Below, one piece after another: positions 1 to 9,771 of a DNA stretch of 64,000 nucleotides. The translations under genes and the position numbers were made by a program. This DNA comes from Candidatus Margulisiibacteriota bacterium (GTDB lineage: Bacteria > Margulisbacteria > Riflemargulisbacteria > GWF2-35-9), in NCBI GenBank assembly GCA_028715625.1, contig JAQURL010000004.1, positions 2,061 through 66,060 of the forward strand. The letters run 5' to 3'. Within the stretch, counting starts at the first letter, position 1. Every line of letters begins with the position of its first letter. The notes beneath the pieces are model-generated. The model was not told the origin of the DNA. It saw only the letters and a list, made by a program, of their open reading frames with translations, and did not search any database.

Positions 1-795
1 GGTTTTGGATTTCGTTGCGGGTTTTTAGGCCTGCTGCACCTGGAAATTGTTAAAGAGCGTTTATTCAGGGAATTTAATGTAAACCTTATAGCTACTATTC
101 CGGGCGTTGTTTATAGAATACTTTTATCTGATGATGAAATATTGTTAATTGATAATCCGTCCAAGTTCCCGGACAGAGGCAGGATTCAAAGCATTGAAGA
201 ACCAGTAGTCAAAGCAACCATTCTTTTACCATCAGATTATGTGGGGTCAATTATGGATTTGTGTAACAAACGCAGAGGTAAAATGCTTAACATGGAATAT
301 TTGGCTGAGACCAGAGTGCTGCTTTATTATCAACTTCCCTTAAATGAAATTCTGGTAGATTTTTTTAATCAGCTGAAAGCACTGAGCAAAGGATATGCTT
401 CACTGGACTATGAATTTTCCGGCTACCAGGAGTCTGATATGGTAAAAGTGGATATACTGCTTAATCATGACGTTGTCGACGCTTTTTCATTCATCACCCA
501 TAAAGACAACGCCTATGCCAAAGGTCGTGATATGGTGAATAAACTGAAGGAATTTATCCCCAAACAAATGTTTGAAATACCTATTCAGGCCTCTATAGGC
601 AGTAAAGTTATCGCCAGAGAAACAATTAAAGCCATGAGAAAGAACGTTACAGCCAAATGCTATGGAGGGGACATTACCAGAAAAAGAAAATTGTTGGAAA
701 AACAAAAAGAAGGCAAAAAGAAAATGAAGAGCATCGGTCGGGTAGAAATCCCGGAAGAAGCATTTTTATCCATATTGACCATAGAAAATGACTAG
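1..795 (+). CDS. lepA: Elongation factor 4 (LepA), C-terminal part; the 5' end lies outside the window
   Basis: The frame is open from base 1 and the translation carries the LepA C-terminal domain (…[21 protein letters not shown]…). The conserved lepA-hemW neighbourhood is present. Confidence 0.88.
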   Translation, partial: GFGFRCGFLGLLHLEIVKERLFREFNVNLIATIPGVVYRILLSDDEILLIDNPSKFPDRGRIQSIEEPVVKATILLPSDYVGSIMDLCNKRRGKMLNMEYLAETRVLLYYQLPLNEILVDFFNQLKALSKGYASLDYEFSGYQESDMVKVDILLNHDVVDAFSFITHKDNAYAKGRDMVNKLKEFIPKQMFEIPIQASIGSKVIARETIKAMRKNVTAKCYGGDITRKRKLLEKQKEGKKKMKSIGRVEIPEEAFLSILTIEND

Positions 796-1898
796 TGGGC
801 ATTGCTTTATATATTCACATACCTTTTTGTACCAGAAAATGCGGTTACTGTAGCTTTTTTTCGATATCCCACAATTTTGAGCTTGAAAACAAATATTGTA
901 CAAGCCTGGTCCAGGAAATACGTGGTTATGAAGCGCAAAACATTAATATAGATACCATCTATTTCGGTGGGGGCAATCCGGCCTTGCTTAATCCCGGGCA
1001 TCTGAAAATTATTCTGGAAGTTATCAGGGAGAGTTTTATTTTTGAACAAAAACCGGAGATTACCCTAGAAGCCAATGTGGAAAATCTTGAAGAAAAAAAG
1101 TTGGACTCATACAAAAAAATGGGTATTAATCGCTTGAGCGTAGGCATTCAATCTTTTGATGCTGAAAAATTAAAAATTCTTGGTCGGCACAGAACAGTTG
1201 AGCCCTACGCTATTTTGAATAAAGTTTTAGCAGAATTTAACAATGTCAGCCTGGACCTGATTTATGCGATCCCCAGTCAAACCGCCGAGGATGTTGCTGC
1301 TGATATTAACTCAATTCCTGAGCAAGTAAAACATGTTTCCTATTACTCGCTGATGTTGGAAAAAGGTACAGAACTGTACTCCCGCTACAAAAAAGGAACC
1401 ATCAAATTGCTTTCAGAAAACGAGGAATTGAAAATGCAACAGACAATAATAAAAGAATTAAAAATAAGAAAACTCAGTCGTTATGAAATATCCAACTTTG
1501 CTTTAAAAGGTTATGAATCCAGGCATAACCTGCATTACTGGCGCTATGATGAGTATCTCGGGGTAGGCGCAGGCGCTGTTTCAACCTTAAATCATACCAG
1601 GCTTGAAAATGTCCGGGATATACAAAAATATATAAACGGCCAAAGACTACTTAAAAAATATAAGCTCAATACAAAGACAAGGGAGAAAGAATTTCTTATG
1701 ATGAATTTGCGTCTGATAAAAGGATTTGAATTGCAGCAATACGGTGACAACTTTCAGGCGAACTTCAAAATAAAATACAAAAAATTTATAAACAAATATT
1801 TTAAATATCTAAGTTTAAGCAAGGAAAAACTTGCTTTTAACAGTAAAGGTTTAAATATATACAACTTGTTAATGTCAGAACTTTTTATAGAAGTATAA
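795..1898 (+). CDS. hemW: Radical SAM heme chaperone HemW (coproporphyrinogen III oxidase-like)
   Basis: The GTG start overlaps the lepA stop by 1 nt. The CxxxCxxC motif reads IPFCTRKCGYCSF, the HemN C-terminal domain is present, and lepA-hemW synteny is canonical. Confidence 0.8.
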   Translation: MGIALYIHIPFCTRKCGYCSFFSISHNFELENKYCTSLVQEIRGYEAQNINIDTIYFGGGNPALLNPGHLKIILEVIRESFIFEQKPEITLEANVENLEEKKLDSYKKMGINRLSVGIQSFDAEKLKILGRHRTVEPYAILNKVLAEFNNVSLDLIYAIPSQTAEDVAADINSIPEQVKHVSYYSLMLEKGTELYSRYKKGTIKLLSENEELKMQQTIIKELKIRKLSRYEISNFALKGYESRHNLHYWRYDEYLGVGAGAVSTLNHTRLENVRDIQKYINGQRLLKKYKLNTKTREKEFLMMNLRLIKGFELQQYGDNFQANFKIKYKKFINKYFKYLSLSKEKLAFNSKGLNIYNLLMSELFIEV

Positions 1899-1899
1899 G

Positions 1900-2298
1900 T
1901 CAAATTTTGTTTAAGGTAAGTTGTACAGTTTGACCATCATTGCCGTATAAAACCAGAGAGTAATCATCACCGCTGGACGAAGAATATGTGATTTTACCCT
2001 TAACATCGCTGTTGCTATAAGCATTTTTGTAATAAGGATTAATTGGACAGGAATTCAGGTGTTCACTGTTTTTCAGAACAATATAGAGGTCGGAAGCCGT
2101 TAATTGTCCTACGGGATAAATATTGTTATCAACGTAATAATTTTCCAGCGAAGACTGAAAAGTTTTTAAATTTATTTCCGAGGTGATTTGATAACTTTTT
2201 GTTTGTACCTTCTTAATATTGGGAATTACCAAAGTTCCCAGCAATGCCATAATTGACAGAGCAATTAACAGTTCGATGAGCGAGAATCCTTTACGCAT
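1900..2298 (-). CDS. Prepilin-type N-terminal cleavage/methylation domain protein (type IV pilin/pseudopilin)
   Basis: The N-terminus MRKGFSLIELLIALSIMALL is a class III signal with an F at +1 and an E at +5. An AGGAGG RBS lies upstream on the minus strand. Confidence 0.75.
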   Translation of the reverse strand: MRKGFSLIELLIALSIMALLGTLVIPNIKKVQTKSYQITSEINLKTFQSSLENYYVDNNIYPVGQLTASDLYIVLKNSEHLNSCPINPYYKNAYSNSDVKGKITYSSSSGDDYSLVLYGNDGQTVQLTLNKI

Positions 2299-2533
2299 AT
2301 TTTGCCTCCTTTTATGTGTTTACGTTAATATAGTATAATAATATTTATAAAACGTCAACACGAGAATTTGTGTCTGAGTTGTATTTATTTAAAAAATTGA
2401 ATACAATAAAAACAAATGGATAACACCAGATTAAATATTCTTATTGCCAGCACCTTGGTCTTAACTGTTATATATTCTTTTAAGCTGGCTTTCAACGGAT
2501 TATTCTTGCTTAGATAAAACTACGGAGGCTTCC

Positions 2534-3658
2534 TTGAAAAACCTAATCAGAAAGGCCTTTTTTTTGGTGGGCTTAGGAATATATACCTTTGCTGATTTCG
2601 GGGGATTATCTTTAAGTGACCTGGATTCAGGCGGAGGCACAATATCCCTTATTTCTAACGGAGGAGCCAATGTTTTAAACCTCAATATTGCTAAAAACTT
2701 TAAATTTGGGGAATTTAATATTGAAATGGGCTTAAACCTTGTTACGCCTGAGGATAAAAGACCTGCCGGCCTTAACCTGATTGAATTTCGTCATGCCGAA
2801 TATGATAATAAAACAATAGGGCTGCGCTACGGATTACTCAACAATGTGACCTTGGGCTATGGACTGATTATGGATACCTATGACAGTTCTCCCGGCATTA
2901 CTTATTTTGACGGTTCAAAGGCCGGAATAAAAGCCTACACCAAGCTTTATAAACCCGTATGTGTTTATGCGGTGGCAACCAATAAAAGATTATATGGTAT
3001 ACGACTGTCTTATGACATTGCCTATATGCCTGGCATTAACAAAAGTCTTGTGATTGGAGTTACATCAGTTAGCGACCAGGGTGGGGTAAAGTCAGGTAGT
3101 GCGCTTATCAATCAGAATGTTTCAGGATATAGTTTTGATGCCGGGTTTAATCTGGTGCAGGATTTGATAGATGTATTTTTAGAGTATGGCACACTTTCTA
3201 ATAACAGCAATGGCATTACCACTGGATTAAAATATTACCTAAATGAAAATTTTACCGTGAAGACAGAATTCAGATCTTATGGAAACAATTTTGTGCCGGG
3301 TTTGTTTAATTCGACCTATGAAAAAGCACCTGTTGACCTTAACATATACAGCTCGGGCCCGGTGACTGGTGTTTTTGCAGGGTTTGAAGCCAGATTACTT
3401 CCGTTGGGAATTATTAACGCCGGTTATAGCCTGTATCAGGATAAAGCCCCTGCTTTAAAAGCTGCCGTTGCCTTTAGGGAGTTCATGGGTTATACGGGTG
3501 TGATAAACTACGAAAAGCTGGTATTCTCAGGAGCCCCGTATGTTGTTACCGCAGTTGTTTCCTATAAAATTAATATACTTACCTCCGCACAGATGAGCAT
3601 AGAAAAAATTGGCGATAATGATGCAACATATTCTCTTGCTTATAAATTAAATTTTTAG
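2534..3658 (+). CDS. Hypothetical outer-membrane beta-barrel protein
   Basis: It has an N-terminal signal/TM segment, Gly/Tyr/Asn-rich alternating composition and a C-terminal aromatic residue (…YKLNF). The TTG start sits 5 nt after GGAGG. Confidence 0.4.
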   Translation: MKNLIRKAFFLVGLGIYTFADFGGLSLSDLDSGGGTISLISNGGANVLNLNIAKNFKFGEFNIEMGLNLVTPEDKRPAGLNLIEFRHAEYDNKTIGLRYGLLNNVTLGYGLIMDTYDSSPGITYFDGSKAGIKAYTKLYKPVCVYAVATNKRLYGIRLSYDIAYMPGINKSLVIGVTSVSDQGGVKSGSALINQNVSGYSFDAGFNLVQDLIDVFLEYGTLSNNSNGITTGLKYYLNENFTVKTEFRSYGNNFVPGLFNSTYEKAPVDLNIYSSGPVTGVFAGFEARLLPLGIINAGYSLYQDKAPALKAAVAFREFMGYTGVINYEKLVFSGAPYVVTAVVSYKINILTSAQMSIEKIGDNDATYSLAYKLNF

Positions 3659-3660
3659 TC

Positions 3661-4263
3661 ATGAAAAAAGATTACAAACAAAATATTTATAAAAAAAATT
3701 ATAAAAAGGTTCACCTGAAACCAGGCACCATGGTTTATCCCTTGCCGGCGGCTATTATATCTTGCGGCATATTACCCAGAGAATATAACATTCTTACCAT
3801 TTCCTGGATAGGAACCATTTGCTCTGAACCGCCAATGTTGTCGATTTCCGTAAGGCCTGTCCGATATTCTTATGATATTATTAAAAAAAATAAAGAGTTT
3901 GTTGTAAATCTACCGGACTCAAAAATGGCCAGAACAGTAGATCTTTGCGGAGTAAGATCAGGAAGGGATATCAATAAATGGGAAGTACTCAAATTGAAGC
4001 CCTGTTCTTCAAAAATTATTAAAACACCCCAGATTGAGAATTGTCCGGTCAGTATTGAATGCATGGTTAAGCAAATAATACCCTTGGGCAGCCATGATTG
4101 TTTTATAGCGGAAGTCGTAAACGTTTCCGTGCATGCCTATCTGGTTAACAAAAACGGTTATTGTGATTTGGAAAAGGCTGATTTGTTGTGCTATATGCAC
4201 GGAGCTTATCATGATTTGGGAAAAACTATAGGAAGGTTTGGATACTCTGTGAAAAAATCTTAA
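3661..4263 (+). CDS. Flavin reductase-like domain protein (flavoredoxin family)
   Basis: The N-terminal motif VYPLPAAIIS… is typical of the flavin reductase-like FMN-binding fold. Confidence 0.55.
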   Translation: MKKDYKQNIYKKNYKKVHLKPGTMVYPLPAAIISCGILPREYNILTISWIGTICSEPPMLSISVRPVRYSYDIIKKNKEFVVNLPDSKMARTVDLCGVRSGRDINKWEVLKLKPCSSKIIKTPQIENCPVSIECMVKQIIPLGSHDCFIAEVVNVSVHAYLVNKNGYCDLEKADLLCYMHGAYHDLGKTIGRFGYSVKKS

Positions 4264-5048
4264 GGTTTTTCCAGAATATTAGTCTCTTTGGTTTTAATTT
4301 TATCTTTGTTTAAATAAAAATAATCATGTTGATATTCTAACAGGTCTTTTTCTTTAACAAATTCGTCCCTGATACGTTTACAAACCTTCAGTTTTAAGTT
4401 CAGGACTTTTTCTTGAGTATAATGCTCCGCTTTACCCAGATTGGCCATCTGTGTTTCCAGTTGTGTGCGGATCTCATCCATGATTTTTAGTTCTTTTTTT
4501 ATTTTTTTTCCTGACCCACCCAGAATGCAGATCATTTCCGAATTATATTCGTTTTCTTCGTATAGCAGCTCGTTTTCTTCCTCAGCCCCTTTTAAAGCCT
4601 TTCTTTGCATTTTTTGAAGCTCAGGAATAGTAACTCCTATGTTGGTAAGTAATTGTCCCAAAAACGCAGATTTAAGCTCGGCAAATTTGGCTACGATAAA
4701 ATTGTGGGATTTGGACTGTAAAAAATTTTTCAGATATTTATCTATAAGGATTTCTTTTCTGTCTTCCAAAGATATTTTGTACCCTAATTTGTGGGCAATA
4801 ATCTGAGCAGACAGTGTTTTATCAAATTTTCTGATGCTGCTTATGGTTACGTGATCAACATCCAGCAAAGGATTAGCTTGCATCTCATTATCCTTGGATT
4901 TTGTGATATTCCAGCGGATTCCTGATTGGGCTACTGTTTTAACAGCCTCATGATGCCGGTCATGCTCTGCAGCTTTTTGGTAGCCCTCCAGCTGATTGGC
5001 CTTCATCTGTTTTTGTACATCTAATGGTGTAACTTTGTTTAAGTTCAT
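4260..5048 (-). CDS. DivIVA-domain protein (putative)
   Basis: The N-terminus …VTPLDVQKQ…GY…EHD resembles the DivIVA N-terminal TPLDI/GY motif. The rest is coiled-coil-like. Confidence 0.4.
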   Translation of the reverse strand: MNLNKVTPLDVQKQMKANQLEGYQKAAEHDRHHEAVKTVAQSGIRWNITKSKDNEMQANPLLDVDHVTISSIRKFDKTLSAQIIAHKLGYKISLEDRKEILIDKYLKNFLQSKSHNFIVAKFAELKSAFLGQLLTNIGVTIPELQKMQRKALKGAEEENELLYEENEYNSEMICILGGSGKKIKKELKIMDEIRTQLETQMANLGKAEHYTQEKVLNLKLKVCKRIRDEFVKEKDLLEYQHDYFYLNKDKIKTKETNILEKP

Positions 5049-5076
5049 GATTTTATAGTTGAAAAACTATTCGATA

Positions 5077-5415
5077 TTACTGAGTAATTAACTTGGAAAC
5101 CTCTTCTTCTATCTTTTTTAAGTAATCAAAAGTGGAAACAAGTGTTCGGTTAACGTCCTGAATTTGCTGTAATTTCGTATTAATTAAAAAAATCGCACCC
5201 GGTGTGTTTTTATCTGGAATCAACTCACCGTCAATAGTCATTGAGTCTGAGCTGCTATCCGTCATATCTTTGGTGATTTGATCTATTTTTTTCTGCAGGT
5301 CCTGCATAAATGTTTTTCTATCACCGAGAAAATATTTTTCATTTTTATTTGTAGCTATTAGCGATTGCTTGGAATCATTTATTGAAAATATGTTTTCAGA
5401 ATCTATCTGGACCAT
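5077..5415 (-). CDS. Hypothetical protein
   Basis: An ORF co-directional with the DivIVA-like gene downstream of it; no recognisable motif. Confidence 0.3.
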   Translation of the reverse strand: MVQIDSENIFSINDSKQSLIATNKNEKYFLGDRKTFMQDLQKKIDQITKDMTDSSSDSMTIDGELIPDKNTPGAIFLINTKLQQIQDVNRTLVSTFDYLKKIEEEVSKLITQ

Positions 5416-5496
5416 TTTTTCACCCCTCTTACTTAGTGATTATCGACAAAAATTGCAGGAAGTATGTATTTATATTTCTTAATGTATTTGAAAACG

Positions 5497-7002
5497 TTAA
5501 CAATAAAAATAAGGATATTTTCGCCAGCGCAGGGCTTCCATGGTCTTCTGTAACGTTTTTATTGAAATTGGAGCGGGCAAAAATTCGCTGATTTTTTGTT
5601 GGATTTGTCCATCAGCATTTTTTAATTTTTTTAAGAAATCTTTTTTATTGTTTGCGAGAAGCTTGGTTTTGTTCTGCAAAAGAGATTGTTTGTTCTGTAA
5701 GAGTTTCTCAATTACCCCTTGTTGCTTAGGGTTTAAGTCCAACTCCTGAAAAAATTTTTCAGGATGATAAAATATTTTACGCAAATACTCATCTGAATTG
5801 CTTTTTTGATAACTTTCAGAGATATTTTCTGAAAACAGATATCTGTTTGCGCTTACACAGCCGAAAGCAGGTGGCGTTACTTTCAACTCCTGCTTCATGT
5901 ATTCATCGGTAAAACTGTCATATTTACAACCACCCAGCCCGTGAATAAAGAAATCGCAGCAAAAAAGACGAAGCAGTAAAGACACCATAAATGCGCGAGG
6001 AACAATCAGATAATTTTCGGGCAGATATTTAATGTATAAGTGAATTTGGTCGCCTGGAAGTTCACAGATTTTTTCTCGGAAATTGAAAAAAATAAAATTA
6101 TTTTTATTTCGTTTAATATAAAGTGGTAACCGGGCTTTAGTGGTTTTATCGACGACCCAGAAGGGTGTCTCAAACCTGTCCTGCTGGATATTTAGTCCAG
6201 GAAAGGGTTCAGCAGGATTTTTTAGATGATTTTTGCTCTTAAATTTTTGCAGCAAAACGTTATAGGATCTGGCAAAAATTTGATTATGTAAAAAGAAATA
6301 ACCGAAAATTGCTTGTACCTCTTTAATTTGACAAATAATACTCAAGGGGATCTCCAAAAAGCTTGTTTGTTCCAGATATCGCCGGATAAGTGTGTTAGCC
6401 AAAACAATACTTTTTCCTGCAAAAACTTGATAATAATCACTAGCTGCTTGAAATTTATCCGGCAGCTTGATATTGAAGCCCTGTAAATTTTGATAAACAT
6501 CACCGAATAGCCTGCTGATAGTGTTTTTAGATTTCAATTTTTGAAACATAAAAAGACCTCGCGCTGTTAATGAGGCGGTTTTAATCATAACCTGACCCTC
6601 TTTGGTTTTAACAGGAAAATATAAAAGCCCTCCATCGCCGGCATCAGTATCAATAATTATATTTATGCCCGTGAAGGCTTGTTCTGTTACCATTTGTTGC
6701 AGGAAAACATTTTTTTCCAAAATACCGCAATGATAAATTTCAGGTTGATGACCTGTAGCAACCACGGTTTCATCCTGAACCGGGCTAATATCCTTTAAGG
6801 GCAATCCGCAAGATTGCCCGGTAATATTCAACTCTTTTGTATATTGATAAGCATTTTGCAATAATTGTATTCTTAAGGAATTTTTTTCCTTGGAAGATAA
6901 AATTAAAGCGGTATCTCTCAGGGATTTTTTATTTTCCTGAATTAATTTGTTCCACAAATTGTATTCAGGATTACAAATAGTTTCTTTTAACGTATCAGGC
7001 AT
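5497..7002 (-). CDS. BshC-like putative cysteine ligase (bacillithiol biosynthesis-like)
   Basis: The ~500-aa size and the N-terminal VVATGHQPEIYHCGILEK…IIIDTDAGD pattern resemble the BshC VVIGGQQ…GPLYTIHK…AGEDHD block. It is immediately followed by a BshB-like LmbE deacetylase, overlapping it by 8 nt. Confidence 0.4.
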   Translation of the reverse strand: MPDTLKETICNPEYNLWNKLIQENKKSLRDTALILSSKEKNSLRIQLLQNAYQYTKELNITGQSCGLPLKDISPVQDETVVATGHQPEIYHCGILEKNVFLQQMVTEQAFTGINIIIDTDAGDGGLLYFPVKTKEGQVMIKTASLTARGLFMFQKLKSKNTISRLFGDVYQNLQGFNIKLPDKFQAASDYYQVFAGKSIVLANTLIRRYLEQTSFLEIPLSIICQIKEVQAIFGYFFLHNQIFARSYNVLLQKFKSKNHLKNPAEPFPGLNIQQDRFETPFWVVDKTTKARLPLYIKRNKNNFIFFNFREKICELPGDQIHLYIKYLPENYLIVPRAFMVSLLLRLFCCDFFIHGLGGCKYDSFTDEYMKQELKVTPPAFGCVSANRYLFSENISESYQKSNSDEYLRKIFYHPEKFFQELDLNPKQQGVIEKLLQNKQSLLQNKTKLLANNKKDFLKKLKNADGQIQQKISEFLPAPISIKTLQKTMEALRWRKYPYFYC

Positions 7003-7687
7003 TCAACAGGCTTTCAGGCGTATGAAGCTGAATGTGTTCTTTGCAAACAAACGGTTCGCCAAAAGACTGCCGTATTTGTTTGCCCCAATAAGCATTTTCC
7101 AGTTTTACCGATTCGAAAACATGAATATTTTTTTTATTGGCAACAAACTGAGAAACATAACTATTTAATGCTTTAATTTTAGTTTCCATAAATTCGCTTA
7201 TATTAAAAATGAAAGAAGGTTCAGTTTTAAGCCGCATATGCAAAGTAAGATAATGAAATATTTTTTTCGGGTAATAAGGCGTGTTAGGCATATCGGTTTT
7301 AGAAAGCTTGGCATAGAATCTAGCTGCCTGGCAAAGCTTTGCAGCTTCCAGATGATCCGGATGGCCGTCATCCCAATATGGAATAAATAATATCTTTGGT
7401 TTATATTGCCGGATAACAGATGCTACCTTTTTGCGGTTTTCTACAGAGTCTGTAATTTCTCTGTTTATCAGGTCCAGGGTAATTCTTTTCTCAATTTTTA
7501 GTATCTTGGCGGATTTTTGTGCTTCCTTCATTCTTTTCGTGTGAGTACCCTCAGGCGTCGGTTCGCCATCGGAAAGATCAAGAAGTACAACTTTATAGCC
7601 GGCATTGGTAAAAGCAGCTATGGTTCCGCCCATACCTATTTCAATGTCATCAGGATGTGCACCTATAGCCATTATATCGATTTCCAT
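6995..7687 (-). CDS. PIG-L/LmbE family N-acetylglucosaminyl deacetylase (BshB-like)
   Basis: Carries the AHPDDIEIGMGGT motif together with HxDH and a conserved His. Confidence 0.7.
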   Translation of the reverse strand: MEIDIMAIGAHPDDIEIGMGGTIAAFTNAGYKVVLLDLSDGEPTPEGTHTKRMKEAQKSAKILKIEKRITLDLINREITDSVENRKKVASVIRQYKPKILFIPYWDDGHPDHLEAAKLCQAARFYAKLSKTDMPNTPYYPKKIFHYLTLHMRLKTEPSFIFNISEFMETKIKALNSYVSQFVANKKNIHVFESVKLENAYWGKQIRQSFGEPFVCKEHIQLHTPESLLNA

Positions 7688-8382
7688 TTTTTGACCTCCT
7701 TTTCAATTGTTTGCAAATAATAACGCAAACGCGCATCAGGATCATCCAGGATCTTTCCAAACGAACGTTCGGCATGGAAATATAGCCTGGGCACGGGTAA
7801 CTCTGTCAGCTCGAGCTTAAGAAAAGCAACCTGGACCAGCAGCTGAAGAGGCAAGGCATAGCCTTTTTCAGTTAATTTCAATTTTTTTAAGCTGTTAATA
7901 CTATAAGCTTTAAATCCGCAAAAAGCATCGGTTATTTTTGTCGCTAGAACCTTGTTTAAAGCCTGGGTGACGATTTTGTTTATCCTGAAGCGGTCTTCAG
8001 GAGCGTCAAGATTTTGAGTATACTCTTTTAGGTAACGGCTTCCGGAAACAATATCAGCAGTTACAGAGTTTTTTATGAAAGCGGGGATTTGGGACGGTTC
8101 ATGTTGCGCATCGCAATCCATTGTTATAGCCAGATTGTACCCGTTAACTATAGCGTAATTAAATCCATCAATCAAAGATTTTCCATAACCCTGGTTTTTT
8201 TTGTGTTTAATCATCATTATATCTTTGCGGTTTAGTGCCTCTACAACACACCTGGAAAGGTCTGTTGAGCCGTCATCTATTAGTAAAATGTCGTCGCAAT
8301 AATATTTTATTATTTCATTCAAAACAGGTTTTATTGTTTTTTCTTCATTAAAAAAGGGAATAATCAGCAGATTTTTAGTCAT
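7672..8382 (-). CDS. GT2 family glycosyltransferase (dolichyl-phosphate mannose/glucose synthase-like)
   Basis: Contains LIIPFFNEE, DDGSTD and the DCDAQHEP motif. The likely start is the internal ATG (MTKNLL), 1 nt after the upstream gene stop. Confidence 0.75.
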   Translation of the reverse strand: MTKNLLIIPFFNEEKTIKPVLNEIIKYYCDDILLIDDGSTDLSRCVVEALNRKDIMMIKHKKNQGYGKSLIDGFNYAIVNGYNLAITMDCDAQHEPSQIPAFIKNSVTADIVSGSRYLKEYTQNLDAPEDRFRINKIVTQALNKVLATKITDAFCGFKAYSINSLKKLKLTEKGYALPLQLLVQVAFLKLELTELPVPRLYFHAERSFGKILDDPDARLRYYLQTIEKEVKKWKSI

Positions 8383-8383
8383 T

Positions 8384-9277
8384 TCAGATATTATTCCATT
8401 TAATATAATAAAAAGAAAACAGGTAGCCATACTTCAGATAAAGAAGAAAATTTTTTCTTTTCCAGGCGCCACTACTGATAATAGCTGCTTTTTCTTTGAT
8501 CCACCAATATAGTGCTGTTTTTTGCAGAAGGCTAAGATGTTCCGCGTGTTGCTTTAATAATTTTCGCATGGAGTAGATACGAAAACGGTCCATACCCCAA
8601 TATTTTCGTGATAGCTGATCTGCATGACCACCCTTTTTTACGATTAGTTTTTTTGGATAGAGATAAATAGGATAGAATAAACTGATCCTTAACCACAGGT
8701 CATAATCCTCGACAACTGGTAGTCTGGTATCAAAGCAGCCAACTTTATCGAGAACTTCCTTTTTAATCATAACCGCTGAAGGAGAAACAATACAAAGGGG
8801 CAGACTGTCAAAGAAAATATTCCCGCTGTGTTTGGTGTGTTTTTTCATATGATTGACTCTTTTTCCATTACGGATCCAGGTTTCATCAGTTTGGCAAACA
8901 GCAACTTTTTTCTGCTCCATAAAAGCTAGTTGTTCTTCTAATTTTGTTTTTATCCACAGATCGTCGCTATCTATAAACGCTATATATTTGCCTCTAGCCT
9001 TGGAAATTCCAAGGTTTCGTGCGCTGGAAACCCCTTTGTTCGGTTGTGTAAAACAGTAAATTTTCTGTGGATAACTCTGCTTAAAAAAATCAACAATATT
9101 GACCGAGCGGTCAATAGAGCCGTCATTGATAATCAACAGCTCAAAGTCCTGAAAGCTTTGAATTAAGATGGATTCAATGGTTTCCTTTAAAAATTGCTCT
9201 CTGTTAAATATCGGAAGAATAATAGAAATGAGTGGTTTTTTCCTGTTGTTTATAACTTGTGGATAGCTTTTAGCCAT
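8384..9277 (-). CDS. GT2 family glycosyltransferase
   Basis: Contains ISIILPIFNRE, INDGSIDRS and a DSDD motif. Confidence 0.75.
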   Translation of the reverse strand: MAKSYPQVINNRKKPLISIILPIFNREQFLKETIESILIQSFQDFELLIINDGSIDRSVNIVDFFKQSYPQKIYCFTQPNKGVSSARNLGISKARGKYIAFIDSDDLWIKTKLEEQLAFMEQKKVAVCQTDETWIRNGKRVNHMKKHTKHSGNIFFDSLPLCIVSPSAVMIKKEVLDKVGCFDTRLPVVEDYDLWLRISLFYPIYLYPKKLIVKKGGHADQLSRKYWGMDRFRIYSMRKLLKQHAEHLSLLQKTALYWWIKEKAAIISSGAWKRKNFLLYLKYGYLFSFYYIKWNNI

Positions 9278-9283
9278 AGACTG

Positions 9284-9727
9284 CTAGTTCCAGGGGAATT
9301 CAACCCATATATCACGATTCAGTTTATGGCCCGTAAAATCAACGTTAATGTTGCTTTTACCTTTGTCTATAAGTACAGCCCAGTAGGATTTTTCAGCAAT
9401 TTGTGCCAATAAATCTTTTAATAAGTAATAAGTAGACCCTGTATCCAGAATATCGTCGACAACCAGAACATGGTTCAGCTTTATTTCTTTAGGATAATAA
9501 AGAATTTTAGGGCTTATCAGTTTTTTGTCGGAATACAGCTGAGTATTTATTATATAAAGTTTTTTTATTGAAAGCTGATATGCCAAAAACCCTGAAAGAG
9601 AAAGTCCTCCCCGGGCTATGCCGATAATAGAATCAATCGGCACCTTGCTTTCTATAATTTCTCGATAAATTTTTCGGGATAATTTGTCAAAATCTTCCCA
9701 GCTGAGTTTGTTTGTTTCAGTTAACAT
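9284..9727 (-). CDS. Type I phosphoribosyltransferase (purine PRTase-like)
   Basis: The PRPP-binding motif VLVVDDILDTGST is present. Confidence 0.65.
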   Translation of the reverse strand: MLTETNKLSWEDFDKLSRKIYREIIESKVPIDSIIGIARGGLSLSGFLAYQLSIKKLYIINTQLYSDKKLISPKILYYPKEIKLNHVLVVDDILDTGSTYYLLKDLLAQIAEKSYWAVLIDKGKSNINVDFTGHKLNRDIWVEFPWN

Positions 9728-9771
9728 ATTAATTTATTTATCCAGGCTCTTATTATAGAATAGTTATTATA

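Noticed and set aside
487-1147. Antisense ORFs (487-705, 807-1049, 959-1147) inside lepA/hemW
   Set aside because: They lie fully within well-supported genes on the opposite strand and are treated as frame shadows.
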